Shown here: piece after piece, positions 36,275 through 44,295 of the stretch
Numbering within the stretch: position 1 is the first letter of the stretch
Layout: each line of letters starts with the position of its first letter
NCBI GenBank assembly: GCA_032124855.1
Contig: JAQBCT010000376.1
Location: 1-53,181 of the forward strand
Reading direction: 5' to 3'
Length of the DNA stretch: 53,181 bases
Source: Gammaproteobacteria bacterium
GTDB lineage: Bacteria; Pseudomonadota; Gammaproteobacteria; Pseudomonadales; Azotimanducaceae
The notes under the pieces: model-generated
What the model saw: the letters and a program-made list of their open reading frames with translations, nothing else
Told to the model about the DNA's origin: nothing
The model's database searches: none
Program-made: the position numbers and the translations under genes

Positions 36275-36777
36275 ACGAAGCTGCCACCAGTCTCGATCGC
36301 CTGCACGACATCGCGCTGCCCGCGCCGGTGCCGTGGTGGCCGCCAGCACCCGGCTGGTATGCACTGTTCGTACTGCTTACGGTGGTCGCCGCATGGATGG
36401 CCTGGCGCGCGTGGCAAGGATGGCGCGCCAACGCCTATCGCCGCGCCGCGTTGCGCGAACTTGATGCGCTGGGTGATGCGGCAGCCATCGCGGAACTGTT
36501 ACGCCGCACCGCCCTGGTGATCGCGCCGCGAAGTGTTGTCGCAGCAAATACGGGCATCGGCTGGACCAACTGGCTCGACGCGAACGCGCGGGAACCGATG
36601 CCCGTCGCGGTGCAGCAGTTGCTCATCGCCGGCGTCTATGGCCGACCCACTTCGCATCGTGAGCTCAGCGCGTTACGCGCTTATGCAGCGCGCTGGATCA
36701 CGCATCACTCGCCAGCTTCGCTCCGTGGTGCGGCGCCAATGGAACGCGTGAATCCACCAATAGGGAAAAACTCATGA
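36271..36777 (+). CDS. DUF4381 domain protein (single TM)
   Basis: ATG at 36271 makes an ATGA overlap with the DUF58 stop. Sequence: LHDIALPAPVPWWPPAPGWYALFVLLTVV... It sits in the canonical position after MoxR and DUF58 in Bat-type operons. Confidence 0.65.
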   Translation: MNEAATSLDRLHDIALPAPVPWWPPAPGWYALFVLLTVVAAWMAWRAWQGWRANAYRRAALRELDALGDAAAIAELLRRTALVIAPRSVVAANTGIGWTNWLDANAREPMPVAVQQLLIAGVYGRPTSHRELSALRAYAARWITHHSPASLRGAAPMERVNPPIGKNS

Positions 36778-38531
36778 TGAATAGCCGACCAACCGGGTCC
36801 AGCACATCGGCGCTGGTACTGGGGGTAGCGTTTTTACTCTCTGCGGGCGTCTGCGCACCCAGTGCCGCAGGAGACGCAGCGCCAGCGCCCAGGCTCATTC
36901 TGCAGATCACGGTGGATCAGTTGCGCGGCGATCTGCCGAACCGTTTCGTCCGGAACATGGGCGCCGGCGGCTTTCGCTATCTCATGGAGCAAGGCATCTG
37001 GTATGCGGACGCGAATTACTCCCACGCCAACACGGAAACCATCGTGGGCCACACATCACTCGCAACCGGCGCGTACCCGTCGGCACATGGCATGGTCGCC
37101 AATGTCTGGCTGGATCGCACAACCGGCAAGCTCACGTACAACATAGAGGATCCGCGTTATCACATCCTCACACCGGGCGCGGACGTGGACAAGACAACTG
37201 AGATCGATCCAACCCAGAAGGTGGCATCCACCGACGGTCGCTCACCTGCGGCTATTGAAGTGTCGACGTTCAGCGACGAGCTGGCCATTCGCACGGCCGG
37301 AAAAGCCAAGCTGTTTGGCGTGTCGGTGAAAGATCGCGGCGCGGTGTCGATGGCGGGACATGCCGGCAAGGCATTCTGGTTTTCGAAGAAGTCGGGTGAG
37401 TTCGTCACCAGCTCTTACTACTACGACCGCTACCCGGCCTGGGTGAGCGCATGGAATGCCAAGAAGCCGGCCGGGAGCTATTCCGGTAAGTCATGGCAGC
37501 TGCTGCGCGAACAGGCAACGTACGCATTCGGCGGCAGTGATGACGCACCCTGGGAGACCGACTTCCCCGGCTATGGGCGTGTCTTTCCGCATCCCTACGG
37601 TGCGGCGGACAGCAAATATTTCACAACCCTGCTGACACTCAGCCCTGCGGGGGATGCACTCACGCTCGACTTCGCCAAGTCGCTGATCGACTCCGAGCAG
37701 CTAGGCCAGGACGATGTCCCCGACTACCTTTCAATCAGCTTTTCATCGACAGACTACGTGGGACATCTGTTTGGCCCTTCCAGTCTCGAGATGGAAGACA
37801 ACATCTTGCGTTTAGATCGCACCCTTGCAGATCTGTTTGCGTATGTCGACGAACACGTAGGCTTGAGCAATACGTTGATCGTGCTATCGGCGGATCATGG
37901 CGGCCCGGAAATTCCTGGCTATCTGAACACGCTTGGCATCGATGCGGCCTACGTGACACCCGATGCGTGGGACAAAGCGCCGACAATGAACAGGCTCAAG
38001 CAGAAGTTTGGAATTGCCGGCGAACTGATCCAGTCTTACTTCCATCCGTATTTGTATCTGAACAGAGACGCCATTGCGGCAAGAGGTCTCGATCAAGCGG
38101 AAGTGGAACAGATGGTGGCAGACGAGCTGATGAAGTTCGACGGTGTGGCGCTGGCGGTGTCGAGCAGGGCACTGCGTGACGGCCACCTGCCGGATACGCC
38201 GCTGATCCGCTCTGCGTTGAGAAACTACAACCCGAAGCGTTCGGGCGATATCTATCTGATCTTCGAGCCGGACCATTACATCAACGACTTCGACGGCCTG
38301 ACGGTGGCATCTACGCATGGCTCGCCGTGGCGCTATGACACGTTCGTACCCGTGGTGTTTGCGGGTGGCCCCGCGCGGGGGCAACAGGTCTATCGCGCGA
38401 TCGAGCCCACAGACATTGCACCGACGCTGGCGGCGGTCGTCGGTGCCAAACCGCCATCGGGCGCCCGCGGTGGGCCATTAATGGAAGTGATGGAAAGTTT
38501 CGAGCGGCAGGCTGAAGTGCCAGCGCGCTGA
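36774..38531 (+). CDS. Alkaline phosphatase-superfamily enzyme (nucleotide pyrophosphatase/phosphodiesterase or PafA-like) with signal peptide
   Basis: ORF 36774..38531, with an ATGA overlap onto the DUF4381 stop. It has a signal-like N-terminus, plus ITVDQLRGD, SFSSTDYVGHLFGP and VLSADHGGPE. Confidence 0.8.
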   Translation: MMNSRPTGSSTSALVLGVAFLLSAGVCAPSAAGDAAPAPRLILQITVDQLRGDLPNRFVRNMGAGGFRYLMEQGIWYADANYSHANTETIVGHTSLATGAYPSAHGMVANVWLDRTTGKLTYNIEDPRYHILTPGADVDKTTEIDPTQKVASTDGRSPAAIEVSTFSDELAIRTAGKAKLFGVSVKDRGAVSMAGHAGKAFWFSKKSGEFVTSSYYYDRYPAWVSAWNAKKPAGSYSGKSWQLLREQATYAFGGSDDAPWETDFPGYGRVFPHPYGAADSKYFTTLLTLSPAGDALTLDFAKSLIDSEQLGQDDVPDYLSISFSSTDYVGHLFGPSSLEMEDNILRLDRTLADLFAYVDEHVGLSNTLIVLSADHGGPEIPGYLNTLGIDAAYVTPDAWDKAPTMNRLKQKFGIAGELIQSYFHPYLYLNRDAIAARGLDQAEVEQMVADELMKFDGVALAVSSRALRDGHLPDTPLIRSALRNYNPKRSGDIYLIFEPDHYINDFDGLTVASTHGSPWRYDTFVPVVFAGGPARGQQVYRAIEPTDIAPTLAAVVGAKPPSGARGGPLMEVMESFERQAEVPAR

Positions 38532-38545
38532 TAGCCGGACGCCGC

Positions 38546-38965
38546 ATGCTCACCTTCACGCATCTCTGGATTTTCGCTGCGTTGCCGCTGCCGTGGCTGC
38601 TGCGCGCAGTGTGGCCGGCGCCGCAGATAACCACGGCGCTCGCATTCGAACCCCGCGCGAGCGTCGCTACGCACGTCGGTGGTGCCTGGGCGGACTGGCT
38701 CGATCTGCGCGCCGCGCAGCCGATGTCGCAGGAAGTGCGGCAGTGTCTGACTGTTGGCGTGTACCAGGTCCCCGCGCAGAGCGATGTCGAACTATTGCGC
38801 GCCTACGCAGCTGCATGGATTGCCCACCACCGCGTTTGGGTGGTTGTAGGAGGGGCTTCAGCCCCGATCCTTGTAGCAGGCTACTCCACAGGGATCGGGG
38901 CTGAAGCCCCTCCTACAACAGCGATTGGGGCTGAAGCCCCTCCCACAGTGGGCTCCCACCGATAG
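38546..38965 (+). pseudogene. Chimeric batA-5' / DUF4381-3' duplicate running into REP sequence (remnant or small paralogue)
   Basis: The first ~27 codons, MLTFTHLWIFAALPLPWLLRAVWPAPQ, parallel the BatA N-terminus MLTLTYLWMFALLPLPWLVRALLPARR. Residues WADWLD..PMSQEVRQCLTVGVY....LLRAYAAAWIAHH parallel the DUF4381 C-terminus WTNWLD..PMPVAVQQLLIAGVY...LRAYAARWITHH. The tail VVGGASAPILVAGYSTGIGAEAPPTT is translated REP. Confidence 0.5.
38846..38946. repeat. REP cluster: perfect 25-bp inverted repeat plus a third unit
   Basis: GTAGGAGGGGCTTCAGCCCCGATCC (38846-38870) and GGATCGGGGCTGAAGCCCCTCCTAC (38892-38916) are exact reverse complements. A third unit, GATTGGGGCTGAAGCCCCTCCCAC, lies at 38923-38946. 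Confidence 0.75.
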
Positions 38966-38974
38966 CGAGACGCC

Positions 38975-40012
38975 ATGCTCACCCTCACCTACCTCTGGAT
39001 GTTCGCCCTGCTGCCGCTGCCATGGCTGGTACGTGCGCTGTTACCCGCGCGGCGCGCAACCGAGGTGGCTGTTCGGGTGCCGTTCGGCGAACGCTTGCGT
39101 GCCGCATCCGTCGCGGCAGGCACCGGATCGCGCGCAGCGAGCAATCTGTCACGTCAGTGGACGCCTGCATTGATCTGGCTTCTGGTGCTCACCGCGCTGG
39201 CGCGTCCACAGTGGCTGGAGCCGCCCATCACGCGTGACCTGCCGGCGCGCGATCTCCTGTTGCTGGTAGACCTTTCGCTTTCGATGCGACAGGAGGATTT
39301 TAACAACATGGCCGGGGCGCAGGTGGACCGCCTCACGGCGGTCAAGGAAGTCGTGGGGGATTTTCTGTCGCGCCGCACCGGCGACCGGGTTGCGCTGGTG
39401 GTATTCGGTGATGCGCCATTCCTGCAGGCGCCGTTCTCCAACGATCTCCATCTGTCGCGACAGCTGCTGGAAGAAACCGAAATCGGCATGGCGGGAGCGC
39501 GCACGGCTTTCGGCGATGCCATCGGACTCGGCATCACGCTGTTCGAACAAAGCGATGCGCCAGCCAAGACGATCATTGCGTTGACCGACGGCAACGACAC
39601 AGCGAGCCAGGTGCCGCCCATCGAAGCGGCACGCATCGCTGCCGAGCGCGGCATTCGCATTCATGCTGTTGCAATCGGCGACCCCACCACCCTGGGTGAG
39701 GAAAAACTGGATGAGGCGGTCCTGCGCGACGTGGCACACACGGCGGACGGGACCTACTTCTACGCCGGCGACCGGGTGCAGCTGGCCGGCATTTACGACG
39801 AACTGGATCGCATTGAGACGCGCCAGGTGGAAGTCGTCAGCTACCGCCCGCGCCGCGAGCTGTTCTTCTGGCCCCTGCTGGCCGCGCTGTTGCTGTCGCT
39901 GGCGGAGAAGGCGCTGTACTTGCTGCGCGGCTCGCGCGAGGTGCGCAGCGCGCAGGTCCTTGAATCGGTGCATGTGGATCCGCTCAGCGGTCGCCTCGAG
40001 GTGCGCACGTGA
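38975..40012 (+). CDS. batA: vWA domain protein, BatA type
   Basis: ORF 38975..40012. It has an N-terminal TM, the MIDAS motif LLLLVDLSLSM (DxSxS), a vWA fold, and a C-terminal TM (FFWPLLAALLLSL). Confidence 0.85.
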   Translation: MLTLTYLWMFALLPLPWLVRALLPARRATEVAVRVPFGERLRAASVAAGTGSRAASNLSRQWTPALIWLLVLTALARPQWLEPPITRDLPARDLLLLVDLSLSMRQEDFNNMAGAQVDRLTAVKEVVGDFLSRRTGDRVALVVFGDAPFLQAPFSNDLHLSRQLLEETEIGMAGARTAFGDAIGLGITLFEQSDAPAKTIIALTDGNDTASQVPPIEAARIAAERGIRIHAVAIGDPTTLGEEKLDEAVLRDVAHTADGTYFYAGDRVQLAGIYDELDRIETRQVEVVSYRPRRELFFWPLLAALLLSLAEKALYLLRGSREVRSAQVLESVHVDPLSGRLEVRT

Positions 40013-40929
40013 TGGACCCGGCCGCCAGCCTGCACTTCATTCGCCCGCTTGCGCTGCTGCTCGCGCCCCTGGCCATGGGCGTGTGGTGGTTCTGGCAGCG
40101 TCACGCCGATCCGTTGCGGGGCTGGCGCGAACAGATTGCGCCCGGCCTGCTGGTTGCACTGACCGTGGGCCACACGACGCAAAGCAAGGGGCCGGCCCGC
40201 TGTCTGTTGGCAGCGTGGCTGCTGGCCGTGGTTGCAATCGCCGGCCCCACGTGGCGCCTGGAACCCAGTCCATTCGCCGACGACGCCAGCCCGATGCTGC
40301 TGTTGCTGAAGGCCGACATGAGCATGGAGCAGCCGGACCCGGCACCGTCACGGTTAGTGCGCGCGCGTCTGAAGATCGCCGACATCGCCGCGGCGCGCGC
40401 GGGCCAACCGCTGGGTTTGATTGCCTACGCCGGCTCCGCGCATCTCGTGCTGCCGCCCACGCGCGACACCGCCGTCCTTGCGACCCTGGCCCAGGAAATC
40501 GATCCGGACATCATGCCGCTGGCCGGCGATCGACTCGATCTGGCGCTGGCGGAAGCGGACCGCGTGCTGCGACATGGTGGTCGCGGCGGCAGCGTCGTCG
40601 TGCTGGCCGACACGGTCGATATGGATATCGGGGCGCTGCGCCAGCCATCCGAGTTCCCGGTGCAATTCCTGGCGATCAACACAGCACAGGGTGTCGGACT
40701 CGATGCGCTGCGCAATGCCGCACGCATCCTTGATGCGCCCGTGGAACTGCTCGACGTCAGCGGCGCCGATGTCGCGGCGGTTGTGCGCCGCGCTGCGCAT
40801 ACGCCCAGCGCCGAGCGCGGCGAACGCAGCGACCAGTGGCAGGAGAGCGGCTATTGGCTGGTACCGCTCCTGGGGATGCTTGTTCTACTGGCCTTTCGCC
40901 GTGACAGCAAAGCGGCGTCCCCTGCGTGA
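40009..40929 (+). CDS. batB: vWA domain protein, BatB type (degenerate MIDAS)
   Basis: ORF 40009..40929, with a 4-nt overlap onto batA. It has N-terminal TMs and a vWA-like core with DMSME in place of DxSxS, then a C-terminal TM. Confidence 0.65.
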   Translation: MMDPAASLHFIRPLALLLAPLAMGVWWFWQRHADPLRGWREQIAPGLLVALTVGHTTQSKGPARCLLAAWLLAVVAIAGPTWRLEPSPFADDASPMLLLLKADMSMEQPDPAPSRLVRARLKIADIAAARAGQPLGLIAYAGSAHLVLPPTRDTAVLATLAQEIDPDIMPLAGDRLDLALAEADRVLRHGGRGGSVVVLADTVDMDIGALRQPSEFPVQFLAINTAQGVGLDALRNAARILDAPVELLDVSGADVAAVVRRAAHTPSAERGERSDQWQESGYWLVPLLGMLVLLAFRRDSKAASPA

Positions 40930-41510
40930 AAGCGTTAGCCGTCGCCGCGGCAATGACATGGATCGGCCTGTGGCTGACGCCGGATCAGCAGGGGCAACGC
41001 GATTTTGTGCGCGGTGAGTTCGCTGCAGCTGCCACGCAATTCCAGGATCCGATGTGGCAGGGCGCGGCCTGGTATCGAGCGGGCGAATTTGAAAAGTCGG
41101 CCGCAGCATTTGCGCGCCGTGACACGGCCGATGCGCACTTCAACGAAGGGAATGCCCGGTTGATGCTGGGCAAGTACGAAGCTGCCATCGCCTGCTACGA
41201 CCGTGCACTGGCAATGCGTGGCGACTGGAGCGAAGCGATTGAGAATCGCGCGCTCGCCCAGGCACGCGCAAAACTGGTTGAACAGAAGGGCGGTGAGATG
41301 GGCGATCAGAAGATTGGCGCCGACGAGATCGTGTTCGACAGCAAGGCAGAGAAGCAGGGCCAGGAGACCGAGGTCGCCGGCGGCGATGCATTGTCGGATA
41401 AGGAGATCCAGGCGCTGTGGTTACGTCGTGTGCAGACGCGCCCGGCGGATTTTCTGCGTGCGAAGTTCGCCTACCAGCTTGCTGCGGACGGCGAGGGGTC
41501 AGCGCCATGA
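40926..41510 (+). CDS. batC: TPR-repeat protein, BatC type
   Basis: GTG start at 40926 with a 4-nt overlap. TPR-like sequence: GAAWYRAGEFEKSAAAF...FNEGNARLMLGKYEAAIACYDRAL. The C-terminal LWLRRVQTRPADFLRAKF is typical of BatC. Confidence 0.65.
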   Translation: MKALAVAAAMTWIGLWLTPDQQGQRDFVRGEFAAAATQFQDPMWQGAAWYRAGEFEKSAAAFARRDTADAHFNEGNARLMLGKYEAAIACYDRALAMRGDWSEAIENRALAQARAKLVEQKGGEMGDQKIGADEIVFDSKAEKQGQETEVAGGDALSDKEIQALWLRRVQTRPADFLRAKFAYQLAADGEGSAP

Positions 41511-42721
41511 ACTGGCTGCGTGTGCTGTTGGTCAGCGCCTGGATGGCAGGCGCAGTTGCACAAGCTGCGGTGGCGCCCGCCGTAGTGAATGTGCCTCAAA
41601 GCCAGGCCTGGACAGGTCAGCGCGTGCAGTTCTTCGTCGAGGTGCGTGCGCTGGGTTCGTTCGTCGGCACAGCAAGCTTTGACCTGCCGCAGCTCCCGCG
41701 CACCACCGTCATCAAAATCGGCAATCCGGTGGTGTCCTCTGAAGTGCGGGGTGGCGAGACATGGTTCGTGCAGACGCACGAATTCGCGCTGTTCTCGCAG
41801 CGCAACGGTCGCCTCGACGTGCCTGCATTCGCTGCGCGTTTTGCGGCGCGTGATGGCTTCACCGGTCCGGCCGCCGATATCGCGGCGCAGGTGCCCGGCT
41901 GGCACGTCGAGATTCGTCGTCCGCCGGGCAGTGACGGCATTGGCTTTCTCATCACCGCGCCAATGCTGGATGTGAGTGAAACGTGGGAGCCGCGCCCCGG
42001 CCCGGCGCAGGTGGGTGCGATCTTCAAGCGCACCATCGTGCAGCGTGCGGAGCAGGTTCCCGGGATGGCGCTCGCACCGGCGCCAACAACGGCACCGGGG
42101 GGCGTGCGCGTATATGCCGGTGCGCCGCAGACGAGGGATGACCTGGAGCGTGGCGCATTCGTGGGTGAACGTCGCGATACGGTGACGTATCTGGTGATGC
42201 AGCCGGGCGTGGTCACGCTGCCGCCAATCAGGTACGTGTGGTGGGATCCCGAACGACAAGAACTGCAATCGACCACGCTGGCCGGCGTGACGATCGATAT
42301 TAGGGCGGCGCCTGCGCCATCGCAGACGCACACACACCGCAGCTGGTGGACATGGTTTGCGGTCGCGGGGGGGTTGCTGGGTATCGTCGTGTGGCAGAGG
42401 GTTCGGCTCCATCAGCTATGGCGCGCATTGAATCCACCTGATCGGGCAGCCGAGCGCGCAGTGCTGCGTGCCTGCCGCGGGCACGATGCTGCAGCGGCCG
42501 AGTCGGCCTGGACGGCGTGGTGCAACACGCAGGCAACTTTCGAAGCGGAACCCGCGCTGGCCGCGGCGCTTCTCGAATTGCGTCGGCTTCGCTTCGGCAG
42601 CGCGGTGTCACACCCGTGGCGTGGGGATGCGTTGGCACGCGCATTTCGGGAGACCCTGTCGGCTGCGAAGACGGCGCCCTTTCAGTTATCGGCACCGGTG
42701 CTGCCGGCCCTCAACCCATGA
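41507..42721 (+). CDS. batD: BatD-type protein (signal peptide plus C-terminal TM)
   Basis: ATG at 41507 makes an ATGA overlap. Signal peptide MNWLRVLLVSAWMAGAVAQAA. It has a beta-rich middle region and a late TM (WWTWFAVAGGLLGIVVW). The position in the operon fits. Confidence 0.6.
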   Translation: MNWLRVLLVSAWMAGAVAQAAVAPAVVNVPQSQAWTGQRVQFFVEVRALGSFVGTASFDLPQLPRTTVIKIGNPVVSSEVRGGETWFVQTHEFALFSQRNGRLDVPAFAARFAARDGFTGPAADIAAQVPGWHVEIRRPPGSDGIGFLITAPMLDVSETWEPRPGPAQVGAIFKRTIVQRAEQVPGMALAPAPTTAPGGVRVYAGAPQTRDDLERGAFVGERRDTVTYLVMQPGVVTLPPIRYVWWDPERQELQSTTLAGVTIDIRAAPAPSQTHTHRSWWTWFAVAGGLLGIVVWQRVRLHQLWRALNPPDRAAERAVLRACRGHDAAAAESAWTAWCNTQATFEAEPALAAALLELRRLRFGSAVSHPWRGDALARAFRETLSAAKTAPFQLSAPVLPALNP

Positions 42722-43752
42722 ATGATCACGAGCCCAACTGGATTCGAGCAACGCCGGCCCTGCCGGGATCTGACGCGGCTCTCACGCCGGATCAGGTCGA
42801 ATCCTGGCGCACGCGAGGATTTGCCTTCGTGGAAGGCTTGTTCCCGAGCGATCTGGTGGCGGAGCTCGCAGCCGATGCCGCAACGCGTTTCCCCGCGGCC
42901 GACACCGCCCGAGCCGCGCAGATTGCCGATTTCGGAAGTGCGGGGCAGCTCAATTTTCCGGCTCAGAACCGCGCTTTCAATGCGGTGACGCTGCATCCGC
43001 GCTTGTTGCATTCGATCGGTCAGCTGCTCGGTGTGGCGCCCACGGATCTGCGCCTCACCCAATCGGATCTATGGCCGAAGTATGGCCGCGCGCAAAAATC
43101 GGCGAGCCCGTCCGACAATGACGATCAACGCATTCACGTCGACTACCCCAACCACACGCTGGCCCATCCCGCGCCGTGGTCGCGGCCCGAAGCGGTGGAG
43201 CTGATTCTGTATTTCGATCATGTCGAGGACTGTGGCGGCGCAACGGCCGTGGTGCCACGCAACGGCCCCGACGATCCGGCCTACCGCTGGCCGATTGTCG
43301 ATACACCGGGGATCGCGGAGCTCGATTACGTGAACGATCGCGCGCAGGCAGAGGTGTATTTCGCTGGCGAGCGCCCGCAACTCGCGGCATGGCGGCAGAG
43401 CCTCTATGCCCGCGAGCACCGCGCGCATTTCAAGCCGGGCGATGTGCTGATGTACCGGCACGATACGTGGCATCGCGGTACACCGCTGCGCGTCGGCAGT
43501 CGCCGTCTCGTGCAAAACATCACTTACCGCAAAGCCGCTGCCGAATGGATCAGCGTGCTGCACGTGGGCTGGGCGTGGTCTGCGTACCGCAGGAACAAAT
43601 TCCTCGAGAAGCTGATCGCACAAGCATCGCTCACCCAGCGCGCGGTGCTGGGTTTTCCGCAGCCGGGCTCGGATTACTGGTGTGCAGAAACCATCGCCGC
43701 CATCGAAGCGCGCTACGGCGTATTCGGCATGGATCTGACGCCGTATCGCTGA
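42718..43752 (+). CDS. PhyH-like Fe(II)/2-oxoglutarate dioxygenase family protein
   Basis: ATG at 42718 makes an ATGA overlap with the batD stop. HxD is in RIHVDYPN, the distal His is in HDTWHRGTP, and a following Arg is present. Confidence 0.65.
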   Translation: MNDHEPNWIRATPALPGSDAALTPDQVESWRTRGFAFVEGLFPSDLVAELAADAATRFPAADTARAAQIADFGSAGQLNFPAQNRAFNAVTLHPRLLHSIGQLLGVAPTDLRLTQSDLWPKYGRAQKSASPSDNDDQRIHVDYPNHTLAHPAPWSRPEAVELILYFDHVEDCGGATAVVPRNGPDDPAYRWPIVDTPGIAELDYVNDRAQAEVYFAGERPQLAAWRQSLYAREHRAHFKPGDVLMYRHDTWHRGTPLRVGSRRLVQNITYRKAAAEWISVLHVGWAWSAYRRNKFLEKLIAQASLTQRAVLGFPQPGSDYWCAETIAAIEARYGVFGMDLTPYR

Positions 43753-43812
43753 CCCCCTTCTCGCGCATCGTTGATACCATCGCGGTTCGATGAATCGTTT
43801 GGAGATTTGGTC

Positions 43813-44295
43813 ATGCTGACACTGAACGTGAACGGCAAGGCCTATGCCTTGGAGGATGTGGACCCCGACACGCCATTGCTGTGGGTGCTGCGCGACAACC
43901 TCAATCTCGTTGGCGCGAAATATGGTTGCGGCATCGGCCAGTGCGGTGCCTGTACGGTGCTGGTGGATGGCACGCCCGTGCGTTCGTGTTCGTACAGCGT
44001 TGCCATCGCCGCTGAGCACGCCGTGACGACCGTGGAAGGGCTGGCCGTAGCAGAGGATTCGTTGCATGTGCTGCAACAGGCCTGGATCGATCTGGACGTT
44101 GCGCAGTGCGGGTACTGCCAGGCAGGTCAGCTGATGTCGGCGGCGGCGCTGCTCGCCAAAAAACCCGAACCCAGTGACGACGACATCGATGCGGCGCTGG
44201 CCGGCAATCTGTGCCGGTGCGGTACGTATCTACGCATTCGCGCAGCGATTCACGCGGCGGCGAAGGCCGCGCAGACACAGGAGGCCGGCGCATGA
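43813..44295 (+). CDS. (2Fe-2S)-binding small subunit of a molybdopterin oxidoreductase (IorA/aldehyde oxidase type)
   Basis: ATG at 43813 (RBS GGAGA) in ORF 43771..44295. Cys clusters: [12 protein letters not shown] and QCGYCQAGQ...CRCGTY. Confidence 0.9.
   Translation: MLTLNVNGKAYALEDVDPDTPLLWVLRDNLNLVGAKYGCGIGQCGACTVLVDGTPVRSCSYSVAIAAEHAVTTVEGLAVAEDSLHVLQQAWIDLDVAQCGYCQAGQLMSAAALLAKKPEPSDDDIDAALAGNLCRCGTYLRIRAAIHAAAKAAQTQEAGA

Noticed and set aside
38830-38965. Regularly spaced repeats that could be mistaken for a small CRISPR array
   Set aside because: The units are in alternating orientation and are self-complementary (REP type). The spacers are only about 6-21 nt. There are just three units and no cas genes.
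34378-42721. MoxR-vWA genes as a possible NTP-dependent conflict or defence system
   Set aside because: The gene order MoxR-DUF58-DUF4381-BatA-BatB-TPR-BatD is the classical housekeeping Bat operon. No effector, nuclease, beta-propeller or other conflict-system component is present.
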